From contig CAXXMD010000002.1 in the NCBI GenBank assembly GCA_963675755.2, forward strand, positions 1,472,001 to 1,536,000: a stretch of 64,000 nucleotides of DNA. The letters are read 5' to 3'. Shown piece by piece: positions 46,242 to 56,093 of the stretch. Both the position numbers and the translations under genes were made by a program. The notes beneath the pieces are model-generated. The model did not search any database. It saw nothing but the letters and a program-made list of their open reading frames with translations, and was not told the DNA's origin. Source of the DNA: a bacterium (GTDB lineage: Bacteria > Zhuqueibacterota > Zhuqueibacteria > Residuimicrobiales > Krinioviventaceae). Position 1 is the stretch's first letter. Each line of letters begins with the position of its first letter.

Positions 46242-48923
46242 ATGATTTTTAAATCGTTAAAATCCAGAATGATCATTTCCATGACCGGTATTGTTGTCAT
46301 TTCATTGACAATCACAACCTTTTTCCTTATCCAAAAAACAAAACATGAATTGTCATTGGAAATTGAAGAAAACGCTAAAAGCTTGATGAAAGCGAACTTG
46401 AATCAGGTTGAATCCCAATACAATAGTATTTTGTACCATAAAAATGCAATGCTCGAACGAAGGGAAAATGAATTAAAAAACAATACTACCATTGCATACA
46501 CTATTCTTACCAGCGCGTATAGAGAATACATAGAAGGCATACGTACAGAACAAAATGCAAAAGAACAAGCAATAAAATGTTTACGGGAACTGACCTATGA
46601 TGATGGGGTTGGTTATTTTTGGATAAATGATATTCAACTACCATACCCCCAAATGATCATGCATCCAACAATGCCGGAACTGGATGGATTAATTCTAGAT
46701 GATCCTATATTCAACTGTGCCTTGGGTAAAAATGAAAATTTATTCAAAGCTGCGGTTGAAATTTGTAAAAAGAATAATGACGGCTATGTCGATTATCTTT
46801 GGCCCAAACCCTTACCCGACAGTCTCTCTGAATTGCAGCCTAAAATTTCATATGTCAAGTTGTTTGAACCCTGGGGATGGATTATCGGAACAGGAGTCTA
46901 TATTAATGATATTGAAGAGGACGTTCAAAATCGTTTAACTGCAGTTATTGCAGATTTAAACAGGACTATGCTAAAACAAAAAATTGGCAAAAACGGCTAC
47001 TTTTTTATTCAAAATGAAAAAGATATAATGATTGTCCACCCTTCGTTAGCAGGAAAAGATGTATCACAACTAATTGATCCGCTAACGGGAGATTTCTTGG
47101 CAGAAAGAATAAAAAAAACGATATTAACCAGTCAAAATTTCATAGAATATTATTGGGATAAACCAGGGCATGAAGGAAAATATAATTATCTTAAACGAGT
47201 TTATGTAGCATATTTCGAACCACTTGGTTGGTATATTTGTACCAGTGTCTATAAAGAAGAAATTCAAGAAAGAATAACTTTGCTAGTTCAATCTATTATT
47301 CTTTTTTCATTATTTTTCTCTATAATTGCAATAATATTATCTCTATTTATTACAAATAGTATTAATATTCCACTTAAAAAGTTTATTAATACTATAAGCG
47401 AAACAGATAATGATGGTATACCCGTAAAAGAAATTCCTGAACCGGACATTCTTGAACTGGAAGTATTGGCAAATTCAATTAAAAGTATGCTCAGTTCTGT
47501 CAGTAAATCAAGAAAAGCGTTACGCCTTAGTGAGTCAAAGTTCAGGGCTCTGGTTGAATCAACCAGTGACTGGATTTGGGAAGTAGACAGGAATGGGGTA
47601 TTCACTTATGCCAGCCCACAAATTTATAATATTTCCGGCTACAAACCGGAAGAAGTTGTATCTCTGAAACCCAAAGACTTTATGGAACCAGAAGAAGGAA
47701 AAAGAATTCAAGATCTGCTTGAAGTCATTATGGCAAATAAATATAATATAATTATGGAAGAAAATGTTAGCAGACATAAAAATGGGGATTTGATTATTTA
47801 TGAAACAAGTGGTGTACCCATTTTAGATGAAAAAGGTGACGTAATAGGTTACAGAGCAGTATCGCGTGACATAACAGCAAGGAAAATATCTGAACAAGCA
47901 TTAAAACAGGAACAGGAAATTACAGAAGCTGCAATCAACTCTCAAAAAGATACATTTTTTCTGTATGAACCGGAAACTGGCAAAGCTATACGATGGAACC
48001 GCATATTTTCAGAGATTACCGGTTACACCAATGAAGAAATTGCCGAAATGAGAGTACCGGATTCATATTACAGCAAAAGTGACCTTGAAAAACTTCCATC
48101 ATTAGAGCAACATATATTGAACAGTGGTACCGGAATAATTGAACTTGAACTAATTTGTAAGAATGGAAGAAAAATCCCCACAGAATATAATGTTTCAGTA
48201 ATCAGGGATGAAAACAATCAACCCAAGTATTTTGTATCCCTGGGTAGAGATGTAACTGAACGAAAAATGATCGAAGACAAGATCAAAAGAGACCTGAAAG
48301 AAAAAGAGGTTATGCTTAGAGAAATCCATCATCGGGTTAAAAATAATCTTGCGGTCATAACCGGATTACTCTATCTACAATCCAAAAGAATAAAAAGTAA
48401 AAAAGAAGCTTTTTCAGCTTTTGAACAAAGTCGTAATCGTATATTTTCCATGGCTCTGGTGCACGAGCAATTGTACCAATCCGGTAACTTTACCCAAATT
48501 GATATGAAACCCTACGTTGAAAAGATTACAACAGAACTCAAGCAGATCATATCATACGGAAATCAAATTCAGTTAAATATTAACATTAAAGATGTGTATT
48601 TGAATATTAATCAAGCAGTGCCTTGCGGCTTGATCCTGAATGAATTAATCACAAATGCTTATAAACATGCTTTTCCCAAAAAGAAAAAAGGGGAAATACT
48701 CATAACATTTAAACCCATAGATAAAAATCAATACGAGTTAACGGTAGAAGACAATGGGATTGGATTGAGTGAGGATATCGATACAAATTCAAGCGCAACA
48801 CTGGGAATCCATCTGGTATCCATGTTGACCAAACAAATTGATGGAAGCATTGATATTGAAAGAGATCACGGAACCCGGTTCCTGATCAGATTTAATGCAG
48901 TACAGGAACCCATTCAACTATAA
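46242..48923 (+). CDS. Membrane sensor kinase: double Cache, HAMP-like, two PAS, HisKA_2
   Basis: Two TMs, GYFWIND..MHP..YLWPKP..GWIIGTGVY Cache motif repeated, EIHHRVKNNL, NELITNAYKHAF. Confidence 0.92.
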   Translation: MIFKSLKSRMIISMTGIVVISLTITTFFLIQKTKHELSLEIEENAKSLMKANLNQVESQYNSILYHKNAMLERRENELKNNTTIAYTILTSAYREYIEGIRTEQNAKEQAIKCLRELTYDDGVGYFWINDIQLPYPQMIMHPTMPELDGLILDDPIFNCALGKNENLFKAAVEICKKNNDGYVDYLWPKPLPDSLSELQPKISYVKLFEPWGWIIGTGVYINDIEEDVQNRLTAVIADLNRTMLKQKIGKNGYFFIQNEKDIMIVHPSLAGKDVSQLIDPLTGDFLAERIKKTILTSQNFIEYYWDKPGHEGKYNYLKRVYVAYFEPLGWYICTSVYKEEIQERITLLVQSIILFSLFFSIIAIILSLFITNSINIPLKKFINTISETDNDGIPVKEIPEPDILELEVLANSIKSMLSSVSKSRKALRLSESKFRALVESTSDWIWEVDRNGVFTYASPQIYNISGYKPEEVVSLKPKDFMEPEEGKRIQDLLEVIMANKYNIIMEENVSRHKNGDLIIYETSGVPILDEKGDVIGYRAVSRDITARKISEQALKQEQEITEAAINSQKDTFFLYEPETGKAIRWNRIFSEITGYTNEEIAEMRVPDSYYSKSDLEKLPSLEQHILNSGTGIIELELICKNGRKIPTEYNVSVIRDENNQPKYFVSLGRDVTERKMIEDKIKRDLKEKEVMLREIHHRVKNNLAVITGLLYLQSKRIKSKKEAFSAFEQSRNRIFSMALVHEQLYQSGNFTQIDMKPYVEKITTELKQIISYGNQIQLNINIKDVYLNINQAVPCGLILNELITNAYKHAFPKKKKGEILITFKPIDKNQYELTVEDNGIGLSEDIDTNSSATLGIHLVSMLTKQIDGSIDIERDHGTRFLIRFNAVQEPIQL

Positions 48924-48948
48924 TTACAGATATGCTATATCATCATAT

Positions 48949-48978
48949 AATCCAAAGGGGAAATCTCCCCTTTGGATT
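48949..48978. terminator. Bidirectional terminator between convergent genes
   Basis: AATCCAAAGGGGA-aatc-TCCCCTTTGGATT. Confidence 0.75.
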
Positions 48979-48985
48979 TTATATT

Positions 48986-50572
48986 TTAATGCCCATTAAA
49001 TAGAATATACAATCCTATCATCGTAACAATCAGTAATATCCAGGAAATCCAAACTTTACGTTCGGGTTTGGGCAAAACACCATAATCCAGAATATTTTGA
49101 TCATTCGCTGCACCTTTTTTATCGAATAGCGTAGTAACAAATGTAACAACAGCCAGAATGACAAATATATAAAAAGATAATAATAAAAAATGCGGCCAAA
49201 AATCATATTTTTGTGAAGGGAAAACCCACAAATACATAACTCCTGTACCCAAACTGAATATTGTACCACCAATGAGTGCCAGGTTTGCAGCTTTGGTAGT
49301 CGTTTTTTTCCACAAAACACCAAACAAAAAGACAACTGACATGGGGGGTGCAATAAAACCTAAAATTGCCTGAAAGACATCAAACAATTTCAGTCCCTTA
49401 ATACTGTCGATTGCAAGTGTTAAAAAGATAGCGATAAAAGCACCTATAACAGTGACAATACGTCCTATACGGATAATTTTTTGTTGTGATGCCTCTTTAT
49501 TGTTTTTCAAATAGATATCCATTGTGAACACGGTACTGAGTGAATTGAGCGCGGAATCAATGGTACTCACCAAAGCAGCAATAAGTACCGCCATTACCAG
49601 ACCGGTCATCCCTGCTGGTAATAACCGGGTAACCATGGTCATATATGCTTCATCAGGATCAGCAAGATTGGGAAACAAAACAAGGCACACAATACCCGGA
49701 ATGATAAACAAAGCCACATCCAAAATCTTGAGCCATCCGGTAAAATTTGCACCCATCTGACCTTGAGTTAAATTCTTTGCGCCCAATACCGACTGGACCA
49801 TGGACTGGTCCGTGCACCAGAACCATACTCCCATAATAGGATATCCTAAAACAATTGCCAACCAGGGATAATTGGGATCATCGGCAGGCAGTAAAAGATT
49901 CCAAAAGTGCGGTGGTGTTTGTTCATAGACTGCCATTATGCCACCAGCTTTTACCAGCCCAACCACAGTCAGAATGAGTGAAACCACAATCAGTAAAGAC
50001 ATTTGAAAAACATTGGTATAAGCTACAGCTTTTAATCCGCCAGCTACCGTAAAAAAAGCAGATATGGCAACCAGAATAATAACAGATACCCACATGGGCA
50101 CAGCTAAAATTTGTCCTACCAATATTCCACCGGCAAACAGTGTCAACGAGAGCCACGATATCAATATAGTCAACAAAGTATACCAGGCAAGGATGTTACG
50201 TGTGGATTGGCCAAAGCGTTTCCCCATAAACTCGGGCAATGTCTGAACATTTGCGCCCAAATAACGGGGAGCAAAAACAACAGCAAGTAAAAAGATGAAT
50301 ACAAAAGCATACCAGCCAAAGTTACCCGCAACAACACCGGTAGTATAACCAATACTTGCAGATGCAATCAACATAGAGGGTCCCACATTGGTTCCCCACA
50401 TGGTCAAACCAATACTCTTCCACCCCAGCGAATGTCCCGCCAGAAACAGATTTTCTTCCTTGTCTTTGTGTTTTATAAAACTTACCCAATACCCAATAGC
50501 AATCAAAACTACCAGGTAAAGTCCCACGACCATAAAGTCAATGGGTTTAAGATACGAGTGTATGTTTTCCAT
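48986..50572 (-). CDS. Sodium:solute symporter (SGLT-like sugar transporter)
   Basis: FLAGHSLGW, TLPEFMGKRF, GGLKAVAYT, WFWCTDQSMVQ, STIDSALNSLST. Confidence 0.93.
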   Translation of the reverse strand: MENIHSYLKPIDFMVVGLYLVVLIAIGYWVSFIKHKDKEENLFLAGHSLGWKSIGLTMWGTNVGPSMLIASASIGYTTGVVAGNFGWYAFVFIFLLAVVFAPRYLGANVQTLPEFMGKRFGQSTRNILAWYTLLTILISWLSLTLFAGGILVGQILAVPMWVSVIILVAISAFFTVAGGLKAVAYTNVFQMSLLIVVSLILTVVGLVKAGGIMAVYEQTPPHFWNLLLPADDPNYPWLAIVLGYPIMGVWFWCTDQSMVQSVLGAKNLTQGQMGANFTGWLKILDVALFIIPGIVCLVLFPNLADPDEAYMTMVTRLLPAGMTGLVMAVLIAALVSTIDSALNSLSTVFTMDIYLKNNKEASQQKIIRIGRIVTVIGAFIAIFLTLAIDSIKGLKLFDVFQAILGFIAPPMSVVFLFGVLWKKTTTKAANLALIGGTIFSLGTGVMYLWVFPSQKYDFWPHFLLLSFYIFVILAVVTFVTTLFDKKGAANDQNILDYGVLPKPERKVWISWILLIVTMIGLYILFNGH

Positions 50573-50620
50573 GCCAATCTTTCCTGTTTACATTTTTCCC
50601 AACAACCTGTTCTTAATAAA

Positions 50621-51694
50621 CTAGCGATATGCGTCTGCAATTTTCAGGGCTTTATCAATATCTGCTTCCGTATGAAAATGCATCAACACCTGTACACCAT
50701 CCGCACCCACATTATCCAACAAGGGTTCGAGTTCATCCAGTTCTACCCAGCAAGGCATAATGGATTTTCCATGAGCCAGTATCTTTTTATAAAGATCATA
50801 CCAGCGGGGATCCCCTCCCTGCGGTTCTCCTACTCCCGGTGTCCATTGTATTGCATTCAACTCATCTATTTCAAGCATAGCGTCCAAATGCCGAATTGCA
50901 TCTACCCCGTCCAAATGATACAGGGTATAATCGATTTTTTGACATTGTTCACGCAAAAATGGCTGCGCAAAACGACGAAAATCCGCTTCCGATATCATGG
51001 TAGAAATATCACATTGCAGTTTGCTCACTTTGCCTGGCGCCCATAGAGAAAAATAGCAAAAGGCCATTTCTCCATCCACCTGAATGATATCATAGATGCG
51101 GTCAAACACATCAAAATAGACATCGTTAATGGCCTGCATCTGCTGTTCAAGCACATCAGGACGCATGAGCATATCAATAAGTACAGCCTGGTTACCCTTA
51201 AGGCCGGCGAGTGTATCCAGATTTTCACACAGATCCGGGCAACCAACAAAATATCTGTCACCCGACAATTTCTTACATGCTTTGAGCAGATCGAGATGTA
51301 CTTTTAACCACCCGTTGTTTTCATCGAAAATAATATCATCACCAAAAGCTTCATCATGTCGAATCCAGATCGTATCGGGTGCGCCTTCCAATTCTGCTCC
51401 AAGTATTCCGGCCAAAGATCCCGGACCCAAATGGGTATTGGCTACAGGCAGAATATCTGCTTTTAACGAACTTTTTGACAAATAATGATGCAGGTATCGC
51501 GCTCGCCATTGAGGATCAAACCAGAACTGGTCCATATCTTTGGCTACCGCTGGTTTGGGAACCTGCTCATGAGGTGCCCCCTCTTTATCCAAATGTTCCC
51601 ACATGCTGATGAGCAGCCCTTTGCCCTGCCACCATTGTAAATATCGTTCCCGGGATTCGTCCCAGTTTTCTTTCCAGGTTTTGATCATAACCAT
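50621..51694 (-). CDS. URO-D/MtaA-superfamily TIM-barrel protein (putative corrinoid methyltransferase component)
   Basis: LGPGSLAGILG, LQCDISTMIS..FRRF, YHLDG, IQWTPG; no signal peptide; no B12-binding domain seen. Confidence 0.65.
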   Translation of the reverse strand: MVMIKTWKENWDESRERYLQWWQGKGLLISMWEHLDKEGAPHEQVPKPAVAKDMDQFWFDPQWRARYLHHYLSKSSLKADILPVANTHLGPGSLAGILGAELEGAPDTIWIRHDEAFGDDIIFDENNGWLKVHLDLLKACKKLSGDRYFVGCPDLCENLDTLAGLKGNQAVLIDMLMRPDVLEQQMQAINDVYFDVFDRIYDIIQVDGEMAFCYFSLWAPGKVSKLQCDISTMISEADFRRFAQPFLREQCQKIDYTLYHLDGVDAIRHLDAMLEIDELNAIQWTPGVGEPQGGDPRWYDLYKKILAHGKSIMPCWVELDELEPLLDNVGADGVQVLMHFHTEADIDKALKIADAYR

Positions 51695-51706
51695 CCGATC
51701 ATAGTA

Positions 51707-53971
51707 TTATTTAAACAACTCGCCGATTATAGAGTTTTTGATTCCGTCAAAAGAACCCTTAATTTTCAAGATTTCGGATTTTGATAAATCCATTTCATCT
51801 GTACATTGAACCGAGTAAGGATAAACAGGTATTTCTGCTCCATACTTGACAAAAACCGGCATTTCATCCAGGGATGTTTCAAAATGTTTAATCCAGCATT
51901 CTCCATCTATTACAGTCCCATCAAAAAAGTTCACCCATTTGCCTGCCGGCAGATATATATCACGAACATTTTCAGAATTCATAACAGGCGCTACCAGAAA
52001 ATCATCACCAAAGTAGTACTGATCATCAATGTGTAAACAGGTAGGGTCATCGGGATGGTGCAGCATTAATGCCCGTAACACCGGCATTCCGGTTTCAGTA
52101 ACTTTTTTTGATTGTTCATAGATGTATGGGATCAATGCGTAACGCAGTTTCCACCAGCGACGAACGATATCTGCAATTCGGGGATATTCATACGGTTCGC
52201 GCCTGGATGTTCCGTGATAACGGATATGTGAGGAAAAGACTCCAAACTGGGTCCAGCGAACATACAAGTCATCAGGTACGATGGAATTCATAAAATCAGG
52301 TACGCTATGGAATCCCGGTACATCATGACTCCAGAATCCAAATCCGGACAATCCCAGGTGCAATCCGCCTTTTAAAGAACCGGCCAAACCGTCCCAACTG
52401 CACGCTGCATCGCCACCCCAATGCAATGGGTATCGCTGGCATCCCGCCCAACCGGCACGTGCCCAGACTATACCATCACCCGTCACCTCTTTCGTGACCT
52501 CATACGCGGCTTTTTGATAGAGCAACGCATAGAGGTTTCGTAACAGACGGGGTTCCATGTTTTTATATTTGGCATTCATGTGGATCTCTTCACCAAAATC
52601 CGTTTTAATGCACACTGCACCCATTTTCAGCAGGTTACGCAATAATCCCTTGTACCAGTCTGTAGCTTCCTTGCTGGTAAAATCGATTGTCCCTGCATAA
52701 TCTAAAGCACTGAAATTGGAACCACCTTGTTTCATTGTTTGGACTAACGGACCAATATATTTATTTGCTACTGCCTCATCATGCTGTTCGGCATCGGCAG
52801 CAATGTATGGCATTTGCCATAGACTGACACGATAGCCTTTGTCCTTCAGATCTTTCATAAACTGCTGCGGATCAGGGAATCGTTCATCATTAAATTTCCA
52901 CTCACACAACCAGTCAGTTTTGAACCAGCCGGTATCCAGATGGATCACATCGCAAGGATACTCTTCTTTACGCAAACGATCACAAATCTCATTGACTTCA
53001 TCAGCCGAAAAATAGGTCATTCGGCTCATCCAGGTGCCAAAACTCCATAGAGGAGGCATGGATGGAAACCCGGTTAATCGACGATAGTTATACAAAACCG
53101 ATTCCAGGTCTTTGCCGCCAATGAGAAACAGATCAATCATTGGATCTTCCAGCAAAATTTGTACTGACCGGGTAGACTGGTCTGCAAAAGAGATGCGTGT
53201 TGCAGCCGAAGTATGCATAAACATGCCATACTGTCTGCTGGATACAAAAAACGGAATATTCTTGTAGGTCCGTCGCGAGTTGACGCCCTGTCCATCCTGA
53301 TTTTCAAGATATAATGTCTTACCGGACAAGTCCATTTTAGTAAAACGTTCACCTGTGCCTGAAAAAACTTCGTTGGCACCCGCATGAAAGGAAATGGTAG
53401 ATTTGTTAACATCCTTTCCTTCCTGCACATACGCAAGCGCCAGGCCATCGTGCCGGGCAGGAAAGAATTGATCATAGGCGTCAATCCGGATCTTTTTATC
53501 ACCATCGGGATAAAACACAGCGTTCAGGGTTTCTTCCGGTTTGGGTAATAGGTCACTCCAATAATCAATTTTGGGATCTGCAAGATAAAACACAGCCCGT
53601 TTGCGGTCCTGATTATCAAGCACAATCCATTCATCATTTTCAATTTGGACATGCAGGGGAACAATTTCAAGATCTGGGGCCATTTCCAGCATGGGTGAAT
53701 TCTCCATACGGGTCCCCGTGAATCCAATACAAACGCGCAATATATCACTACCATATGCTCTTAGCATGAGTTGATACGATTGCGGAGCGACATCCGGTTC
53801 CGGGCCCATTTCAAGAGAACATATCTGTTGCTGAAACGGCAGATCAATCACAACATCGGTGCCGTCTGTTTTAATATCGGTGGGTTTTATAGCTCTGAAC
53901 AGCAGTTGACTGCCGTTCAGAGCGGGATCAAAATCTAAAAAGTCTAAAAGATATTGGTTGGTCAACTTCAT
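51707..53971 (-). CDS. Cytoplasmic GH31 alpha-xylosidase (YicI-like)
   Basis: GTGERF, YKNIPF, HLDTGW, KTDFGE nucleophile, HWGGD, WSHDVPGF; no signal peptide. Confidence 0.92.
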   Translation of the reverse strand: MKLTNQYLLDFLDFDPALNGSQLLFRAIKPTDIKTDGTDVVIDLPFQQQICSLEMGPEPDVAPQSYQLMLRAYGSDILRVCIGFTGTRMENSPMLEMAPDLEIVPLHVQIENDEWIVLDNQDRKRAVFYLADPKIDYWSDLLPKPEETLNAVFYPDGDKKIRIDAYDQFFPARHDGLALAYVQEGKDVNKSTISFHAGANEVFSGTGERFTKMDLSGKTLYLENQDGQGVNSRRTYKNIPFFVSSRQYGMFMHTSAATRISFADQSTRSVQILLEDPMIDLFLIGGKDLESVLYNYRRLTGFPSMPPLWSFGTWMSRMTYFSADEVNEICDRLRKEEYPCDVIHLDTGWFKTDWLCEWKFNDERFPDPQQFMKDLKDKGYRVSLWQMPYIAADAEQHDEAVANKYIGPLVQTMKQGGSNFSALDYAGTIDFTSKEATDWYKGLLRNLLKMGAVCIKTDFGEEIHMNAKYKNMEPRLLRNLYALLYQKAAYEVTKEVTGDGIVWARAGWAGCQRYPLHWGGDAACSWDGLAGSLKGGLHLGLSGFGFWSHDVPGFHSVPDFMNSIVPDDLYVRWTQFGVFSSHIRYHGTSRREPYEYPRIADIVRRWWKLRYALIPYIYEQSKKVTETGMPVLRALMLHHPDDPTCLHIDDQYYFGDDFLVAPVMNSENVRDIYLPAGKWVNFFDGTVIDGECWIKHFETSLDEMPVFVKYGAEIPVYPYSVQCTDEMDLSKSEILKIKGSFDGIKNSIIGELFK

Positions 53972-53993
53972 AAATACGATTACCAGTCATTTA

Positions 53994-55886
53994 CTACAAT
54001 TGTAATTGTTTTTTCTTCAAAAGGTCCAGAAATTCAGGTTCAAGACCTGCATTATCCTTGATTTTCTTGGACACATCAGGACCGTTATTCTTCCACTCGT
54101 TACCGGGTCCCGGATTATTTGAAAAGAATTTATCCTTTTCGCTCCAATTGTTAATAGCGCGAATAAAAGAAGAACCTTCATCATAATAAATATATTGAAA
54201 ATGATTGGGATCATGCGTGTATGGTGCATCCAAAAGATGGTGAATACTGTTTTCACTGATCTCTGTATTGGGTTGACCGGACAAGGTATATACACCGCCT
54301 ACATCATAATTGTTTTGTGCAAAATGATGAATATTGTTTGCATGTACGCGATTGTTTTTCATACAACTGATGGTACGGGTCCATCCCCAGCCAATACTGA
54401 TACCGGAATAATTTAAATAACTGATTTCATTATGTTCAATTGTAATGTCATGCGCATACCCAACACCAATACCAACGCAGCCCCAGTCTTCATTGGTACA
54501 ATCGGTAACCAGATTATTGACAATGGTTTCAAAACGGCAGACTATTCGTTCATCAGTAGGGTCATAAGGCAAATGGGCTTCAAAACTCCGGTCACCATAA
54601 AAACCCATTTGCAATCCGGTACCGCCAACATCTCTTATAATATTACCCTGCACCAAATTGTGATGGGTGCCGGATACAAAATCGAGTGCGGTTGCAGCCA
54701 TGTGTTCAAAACTGCAGCGATTTATAAATATATTATTGGCATTTACAAGCGTTACTCCCGCCGGTTGACGCTCTACCCAGGCTTGATTTTCAAGCCATTC
54801 TTTATCCGGTGTTCCCGGAACGGGAAGCTTGTAGGCATCCAGCAATGAAAATCCTGCCTGCAGCGGCACATGCCCTTTTAATGAAGGACGCAGCCAGGTA
54901 GTATGCTCAAAACCAATGCCCTGAAATTGAACATGAGAAACCGGCATATCCAGAGTACCATCAACATAGAGCAACGTTTCAAGATAGGGTACAACGACTT
55001 TAACCTTATCCATATCTTCAACATCACGGGGCCAGTAATAAACTTTTCCGGCATCCAAATCCAGGAACCATTCTCCGGGACTGTTTAACAGACCAATATC
55101 ATTGGTTAAATAATAAGCAGAATTACCGTTCTGATCCTTGTTTACATCGATAAAAGGAGTAGGCCAGGGATGCTCAAACTCGATTCGGCTTTCGGGTTGA
55201 CAAAAACTGATTTTTGCGACATCACCTTCAATCTCGATATCTTTGACACGTAAAATTGCAATGGCCCACCATTGATGGATAAAAAATTCAAGCTGAGATA
55301 CATTATGAATGGTTTGAGATGGTGCCGGAATCATAAAGGTTTCATTCAGATTGTCAACAGACAGAATGCGCGGCATATCACCATCGTTCATAGTATTTGC
55401 TCTGACGGCTTTATTGTTATCCACCCACATTTGGCGGAACTCGAAAATCCGTCCACCTTCTCGGGGTGCATCTGCTACCCACACATTCCCCTGAGCCACA
55501 GCAGGTAAACCATCTACTGTGCCTGCTTTTTTCCATCCGGTTACAGTTCTTCCTCCACTGAATACCGGATGTGCATTAGGTGCTGCCATTACAATTGTCG
55601 GACTGTCAGCAGTGCCCGAGTCTTCAGGACGAAAAAATACCGGTTCGTTCAGGGTATATACACCATCCTCAACGATAATATGTATACCCTCTTTGATAGA
55701 CACATCTTTCAGGCGACGCATTTCTCTTGCCTTGCGTTGTGCCATTTGTAATGTGGCAAAAGGTGTTATCTTGCTGCCATCATTATAATCTGAACCGGTT
55801 GGAGAAACATATATATTTGCTGCCGCTCCGACCAAAAACGGAAAGCACAAAACCACTATAAATAAAATCAACAATGTTCTTTTCAT
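53994..55886 (-). CDS. Exported right-handed beta-helix glycoside hydrolase (GH141-like)
   Basis: Signal MKRTLLIL.., IYVSPTGSD..GS...PFAT, EDSGT, EFEHPWP, YSGISIGWGW, DVGGVYTL, YYDEGS. Confidence 0.8.
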   Translation of the reverse strand: MKRTLLILFIVVLCFPFLVGAAANIYVSPTGSDYNDGSKITPFATLQMAQRKAREMRRLKDVSIKEGIHIIVEDGVYTLNEPVFFRPEDSGTADSPTIVMAAPNAHPVFSGGRTVTGWKKAGTVDGLPAVAQGNVWVADAPREGGRIFEFRQMWVDNNKAVRANTMNDGDMPRILSVDNLNETFMIPAPSQTIHNVSQLEFFIHQWWAIAILRVKDIEIEGDVAKISFCQPESRIEFEHPWPTPFIDVNKDQNGNSAYYLTNDIGLLNSPGEWFLDLDAGKVYYWPRDVEDMDKVKVVVPYLETLLYVDGTLDMPVSHVQFQGIGFEHTTWLRPSLKGHVPLQAGFSLLDAYKLPVPGTPDKEWLENQAWVERQPAGVTLVNANNIFINRCSFEHMAATALDFVSGTHHNLVQGNIIRDVGGTGLQMGFYGDRSFEAHLPYDPTDERIVCRFETIVNNLVTDCTNEDWGCVGIGVGYAHDITIEHNEISYLNYSGISIGWGWTRTISCMKNNRVHANNIHHFAQNNYDVGGVYTLSGQPNTEISENSIHHLLDAPYTHDPNHFQYIYYDEGSSFIRAINNWSEKDKFFSNNPGPGNEWKNNGPDVSKKIKDNAGLEPEFLDLLKKKQLQL

Positions 55887-56093
55887 AACAACCAACCTCA
55901 TTTTTGGGGCAGAATAGAAATGTATCACAACTGCCAGGATTACTTTTCTACTTAAACGTTTTCCTAACTTGTTTAAATTATGATAAAAATTTTTACAATC
56001 ATTTACAATATATTTTTAAGTTATTTGTAATTATTTCGCCTTGAGATTCAACATAATTCCCATATATTATGATATACCTTTGGGAGCTACTTG

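Noticed and set aside
55950-55965. LacI-like operator (AAACGTTT core) upstream of the GH141 operon
   Set aside because: An 8-bp palindrome in AT-rich DNA is expected by chance, and no LacI gene is nearby.
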